From Thermoprotei archaeon (GTDB lineage: Archaea > Thermoproteota > Thermoprotei > Gearchaeales > WAQG01), in the NCBI GenBank assembly GCA_049976445.1, contig JBMFIF010000002.1, forward strand, positions 5,115-69,114: 64,000 nucleotides of DNA. Reading direction: 5' to 3'. A program made the translations under genes and the position numbers. Shown here piece after piece: positions 60,739 through 64,000 of the stretch (its first letter is position 1; every line of letters starts with the position of its first letter). Under the pieces are notes generated by a model. It was not told the DNA's origin. It did no database searches and worked only from the letters and a program-made list of their open reading frames with translations.

Positions 60739-62775
60739 TTGAAAATATTACCGTGGATCATTATAGTGATGATCTTAAACTTAATGTTCGTAATGCAAGC
60801 ACCTATTCACGCACAAACGTTACCTCCAAACAGAGCAATAATATTCCCAACACCATTATCACCTGCGGTTGTTTTAGTTGGATCAACATTTAATGTTACA
60901 ATAAATGCGCCTCAAAGTGCATTAAATTGGACAGCCCAAGGATATGGTATTAAACTAGTAAATAATACATTAATATCTTTAAACACGACATTTTACATTA
61001 CCAACACTTATTATAATTCATCAAATAGCCTGTGGATCTTAAGTTTAAACGTACCTGATACTACGATACCCGGACTTTATACGCTTCAGGTTATCTTTCG
61101 TCTCGGTAATTCGATTTTAAAATATGTTCAGGAAAAAAGTGTATGGATTCTTGATAAATGGCCTGATAGGTTACGTATTGCTCAATTTACCGATGTTCAT
61201 ATAGGTGTTCCTGAGGCGATAAGTCTCTTTACTACTGGGATTATTAGTGCTCAACTATTTAATTCAACTGTAGTATTCATAACTGGAGATGATGGTGATA
61301 CTGCGGCTGAATGGCAAGAACTAACTTTTAGGCAGCTTTCATTACTTGCACCCACACTACCAACTTTTGCCATACCTGGAAATCACGATGCTAGAACAAC
61401 AGCCTATGATGATTATGTAGGGCCTCGTCAATACTTCACAAACTTAGGAAAATTCCTTGTAATAGGAATAGATACAGGTGAAAATGGAGCTATATCTTAT
61501 AACACACTACGATGGATGCAACAAGTACTAATGTTATATGGCGATAATAAAGTCAAAATACTCCTTATGCATCATCCCTTATTCAGTACCAAAGTACAAG
61601 GTTATCTCAGCACATCATTATCAAACGTTTCAACATCAATGCTATATTATAGCTGGGCTGCTAACCCTGACATCGCCAAGGCTCTTCTCAAGACTATAGA
61701 AGACTTTAACATCACATTAATCTTAGCTGGCCATGTGCACACAGACAGAATTGTTGTAGTAAATTCAACAGTAACAAAATCACTACACTGGTTTATAACC
61801 ACTACAACAACAGGAGAAGGAAGGCCTGAATATAATGGTTTTAGAATAATTGACATAGATAAAGAAGGCCATGTTAACATACCTTTCATGCCTCCATGGG
61901 GAAAAATCGAACAATATCCGAATAGTATTCCTATAGATAAAACATGGTCACAAGGATACTTAGATGCAAGACTCATATATAATAATAAAAAAATAGTAGT
62001 AACAGTTAACATTACTAATGCTCTAACTTACGTTAATTTAAATTCTGTAATAATACTTAACTCAAACAGTAGTGTTACGTTATCAAACTATAAAACATAT
62101 ACTAACTCTTATGGATCAAGCGCTTCAGCAACATTATTAAGCAGTACAAGTATTGCAGGATTAAACTATTATGCAGTAAAAATAAACGTTCCATCAAGAA
62201 GTGGTATAAGAATAACATTAGCACCATATGATGATACTGATGTACCAACAGGAAAAATAGTATACACATTACCACTTCAACCAGAACCTAATGCCCCAAT
62301 ATCGGTATACATACAAGCATCCGATACAGGCTGGGGTATCTTGAGAGTATATGCAGAATATTTATATCAAAATAAAGAAACTGTTATCGAATCAACATAT
62401 GAACAACCATACTATAAGATAACATTACCAGGATTTCCACCTGGAACAGTTATTAATATTACAATAAAAATTACTGATGTTGCAGGTCATGCTACAACAT
62501 TGACCCTGCCCATAAACTTCGGCATCATATCTACTACATCTACTACGACGTTAACCCTAACTACTACGACCACAACATCAACTACATCAAAAACCACTAC
62601 AACAATCACAACGACCACTACAACTATAACCACCACGAGTACACCATTATTAACAACCACTACAGAGACCTTAATAACGACCAGCCCAGTTAGTATTATT
62701 AATCCATTAACCGTTATAATAATAGCCATAGTAATAGGAGTGATACTATTTGTTATAATTGTCAGACGTAAATAA
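60739..62775 (+). CDS. surface-anchored calcineurin-like metallophosphoesterase with N-terminal beta domain, Thr-rich stalk and C-terminal TM anchor
   Basis: Signal peptide; GNHDARTT and GHVHTDR phosphoesterase motifs; about 60-aa Thr/Ser-rich linker; terminal hydrophobic helix + RRK; 678 aa. Confidence 0.6.
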   Translation: MKILPWIIIVMILNLMFVMQAPIHAQTLPPNRAIIFPTPLSPAVVLVGSTFNVTINAPQSALNWTAQGYGIKLVNNTLISLNTTFYITNTYYNSSNSLWILSLNVPDTTIPGLYTLQVIFRLGNSILKYVQEKSVWILDKWPDRLRIAQFTDVHIGVPEAISLFTTGIISAQLFNSTVVFITGDDGDTAAEWQELTFRQLSLLAPTLPTFAIPGNHDARTTAYDDYVGPRQYFTNLGKFLVIGIDTGENGAISYNTLRWMQQVLMLYGDNKVKILLMHHPLFSTKVQGYLSTSLSNVSTSMLYYSWAANPDIAKALLKTIEDFNITLILAGHVHTDRIVVVNSTVTKSLHWFITTTTTGEGRPEYNGFRIIDIDKEGHVNIPFMPPWGKIEQYPNSIPIDKTWSQGYLDARLIYNNKKIVVTVNITNALTYVNLNSVIILNSNSSVTLSNYKTYTNSYGSSASATLLSSTSIAGLNYYAVKINVPSRSGIRITLAPYDDTDVPTGKIVYTLPLQPEPNAPISVYIQASDTGWGILRVYAEYLYQNKETVIESTYEQPYYKITLPGFPPGTVINITIKITDVAGHATTLTLPINFGIISTTSTTTLTLTTTTTTSTTSKTTTTITTTTTTITTTSTPLLTTTTETLITTSPVSIINPLTVIIIAIVIGVILFVIIVRRK

Positions 62776-62804
62776 TTATTCTAATTTTTATTTGAAGCGT
62801 TTAC

Positions 62805-63758
62805 TTAAATTATTTTACTAAGAATCATTCCAATAATATAAAAAATACCGAAGAGTAAAGTAAATTTAGATGTTTGTGGTGCAGCAGTATTTGGAATTTG
62901 TTTTGAAAAGCGTTTTATAAGGCTTATTAATTTTGGAAGTGTTAAGAAGATTATAAGTGATGGAATTCCCAAAATGTTAATGATAATGAACAATATAACT
63001 AAAATGAGCGGTGATGTTACTAATATATAGTATAATTTTAATGCATTTTGTTTTCCAATAAGGATTGGTAGTGTCTTTATATTTGAAGATTTATCATATT
63101 CATAATCTCTTATTCCATCAATTAATAATACAGCTGCTACGAGTAATCCTATTGGGAATGAGATTAAAATTGGTTTGAAGGAGATTATTCCGGTTTGTGC
63201 ATAATAAGAACCTAAGAATATTAATGGTCCCCATACTATAAACACGGCTAGCTCTCCTAATCCTTTATACTTGTATTTTAATGGTGGACCAGTGTATTCT
63301 AACGATATTAATGCACCGATCAAGCCTAAAAATAAGATTAAAGGTCTTCTTAAGAGGTATAAAGAAAATCCTGCTAAGACTGCTACAAAAAAGTATCCTA
63401 TTGATATTTTAAGCGTGTGGTGCGGTTTAAAGATGCCTGATATTATAGGATGTGGTCTGTATCTTGTGGTTGGGGCATCGGGCTTATCTACCCCATAAAG
63501 AGTATCAAAATAGTCGTTTATTACATTCGTATAAGCGTGCAGTGAAATAGCACCTATTAAAGTAATTAGATAAATAATTGGATTAAAGATGTTAAGTTCA
63601 TAATAAGCATAAGCAATTCCTGATGTTACGGATGCGATTGTCATAAGGAAACTCCAAGGCCTAGTTATATACACTACATTTATAATAAATTTCCAAAGAT
63701 TATTAAAAGAACTTGGCATTATCATCACTTCTTTACAACAATATAGGAAAAATGACAA
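62805..63758 (-). CDS. UbiA-family membrane prenyltransferase
   Basis: NVINDYFD...D...P...RP.P..G first Asp-rich motif and a second motif later (LIDGIRDYEYD); about 8 TM helices; 317 aa. Confidence 0.6.
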   Translation of the reverse strand: MSFFLYCCKEVMIMPSSFNNLWKFIINVVYITRPWSFLMTIASVTSGIAYAYYELNIFNPIIYLITLIGAISLHAYTNVINDYFDTLYGVDKPDAPTTRYRPHPIISGIFKPHHTLKISIGYFFVAVLAGFSLYLLRRPLILFLGLIGALISLEYTGPPLKYKYKGLGELAVFIVWGPLIFLGSYYAQTGIISFKPILISFPIGLLVAAVLLIDGIRDYEYDKSSNIKTLPILIGKQNALKLYYILVTSPLILVILFIIINILGIPSLIIFLTLPKLISLIKRFSKQIPNTAAPQTSKFTLLFGIFYIIGMILSKII

Positions 63759-63984
63759 TAACTAACTCTAGCCAAATGATATGCGTAATCATTGATGGTA
63801 TAATACCAAATTGATAAGCTACGTATCCTGTGACTAATCCTACTATTAACGCTGCTATTACTAATATATAATTAAAAGTGGCTATGTGAACCATCGAATA
63901 GTAAATCGATGATAAAATCCATGGATATTGTACATTATTAATGAATATGCCTTGGATAAATCCTCTCCAATAGATTTCTTCCAT
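63733..63984 (-). CDS. CPBP (CAAX protease / Abi) family intramembrane protease, C-terminal part (gene continues beyond window end)
   Basis: EEIYWRGF (EExxxR) and later His-containing motif in hydrophobic context; the ORF probably continues to the right of the window. Confidence 0.45.
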   Translation of the reverse strand: MEEIYWRGFIQGIFINNVQYPWILSSIYYSMVHIATFNYILVIAALIVGLVTGYVAYQFGIIPSMITHIIWLELVIVIFPILL

Positions 63985-64000
63985 TATGCCTATTATTATT

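Noticed and set aside
62487-62729. 80-aa valine-rich minus-strand ORF
   Set aside because: It is the reverse complement of the Thr-rich (ACN-repeat) stalk of the metallophosphoesterase, a compositional artefact.

Overview
This window looks like about 64 kb of chromosome from an AT-rich (roughly one-third GC) archaeon with TACK/crenarchaeal-type gene content: Cdv/ESCRT-III–Vps4 division genes, Topo VI A/B, Hjc, ribosomal protein S25e, Thg1, a four-subunit 2-oxoacid:ferredoxin oxidoreductase, and leaderless genes with a TATA box about 25-30 bp upstream. Housekeeping genes include CDC48, IleRS, AspRS and Top6AB. They are interleaved with accessory blocks. (1) A CdvB-paralog/CdvB/CdvC locus is followed by a degenerate EndoIII-like Fe-S protein. 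(2) A near-complete cobamide salvage and remodelling cluster (cobT, btuFCD, cobD, cbiB, cbiZ-like, cobS, cobY) is bracketed by inverted copies of a short GC-rich element and carries an operator-like direct repeat in its divergent promoter. (3) A 2.7-kb segment flanked by about 100-bp direct repeats, one of which duplicates the 5' end of an ABC permease gene, carries a small-protein/nucleotidyltransferase pair, a decayed MalK-type ATPase pseudogene with a perfect 12-bp hairpin, and a secreted G1 (eqolisin-like) peptidase. (4) A 4.5-kb cassette flanked by about 90-bp direct repeats encodes DUF488, a TetR regulator, a SPASM radical-SAM enzyme and a B12-binding radical-SAM enzyme, next to a UbiA prenyltransferase; this may be a lipid-modification (tetraether synthase / ring synthase-like) neighbourhood. 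I also see a MITE-like element with 18-bp terminal inverted repeats, a HEPN/MNT toxin-antitoxin pair, and GC-rich non-coding islands. I recognised no rRNA, tRNA or CRISPR array by eye. All calls rest on motif-level reading of the translated ORFs and the raw sequence, with no database searches.
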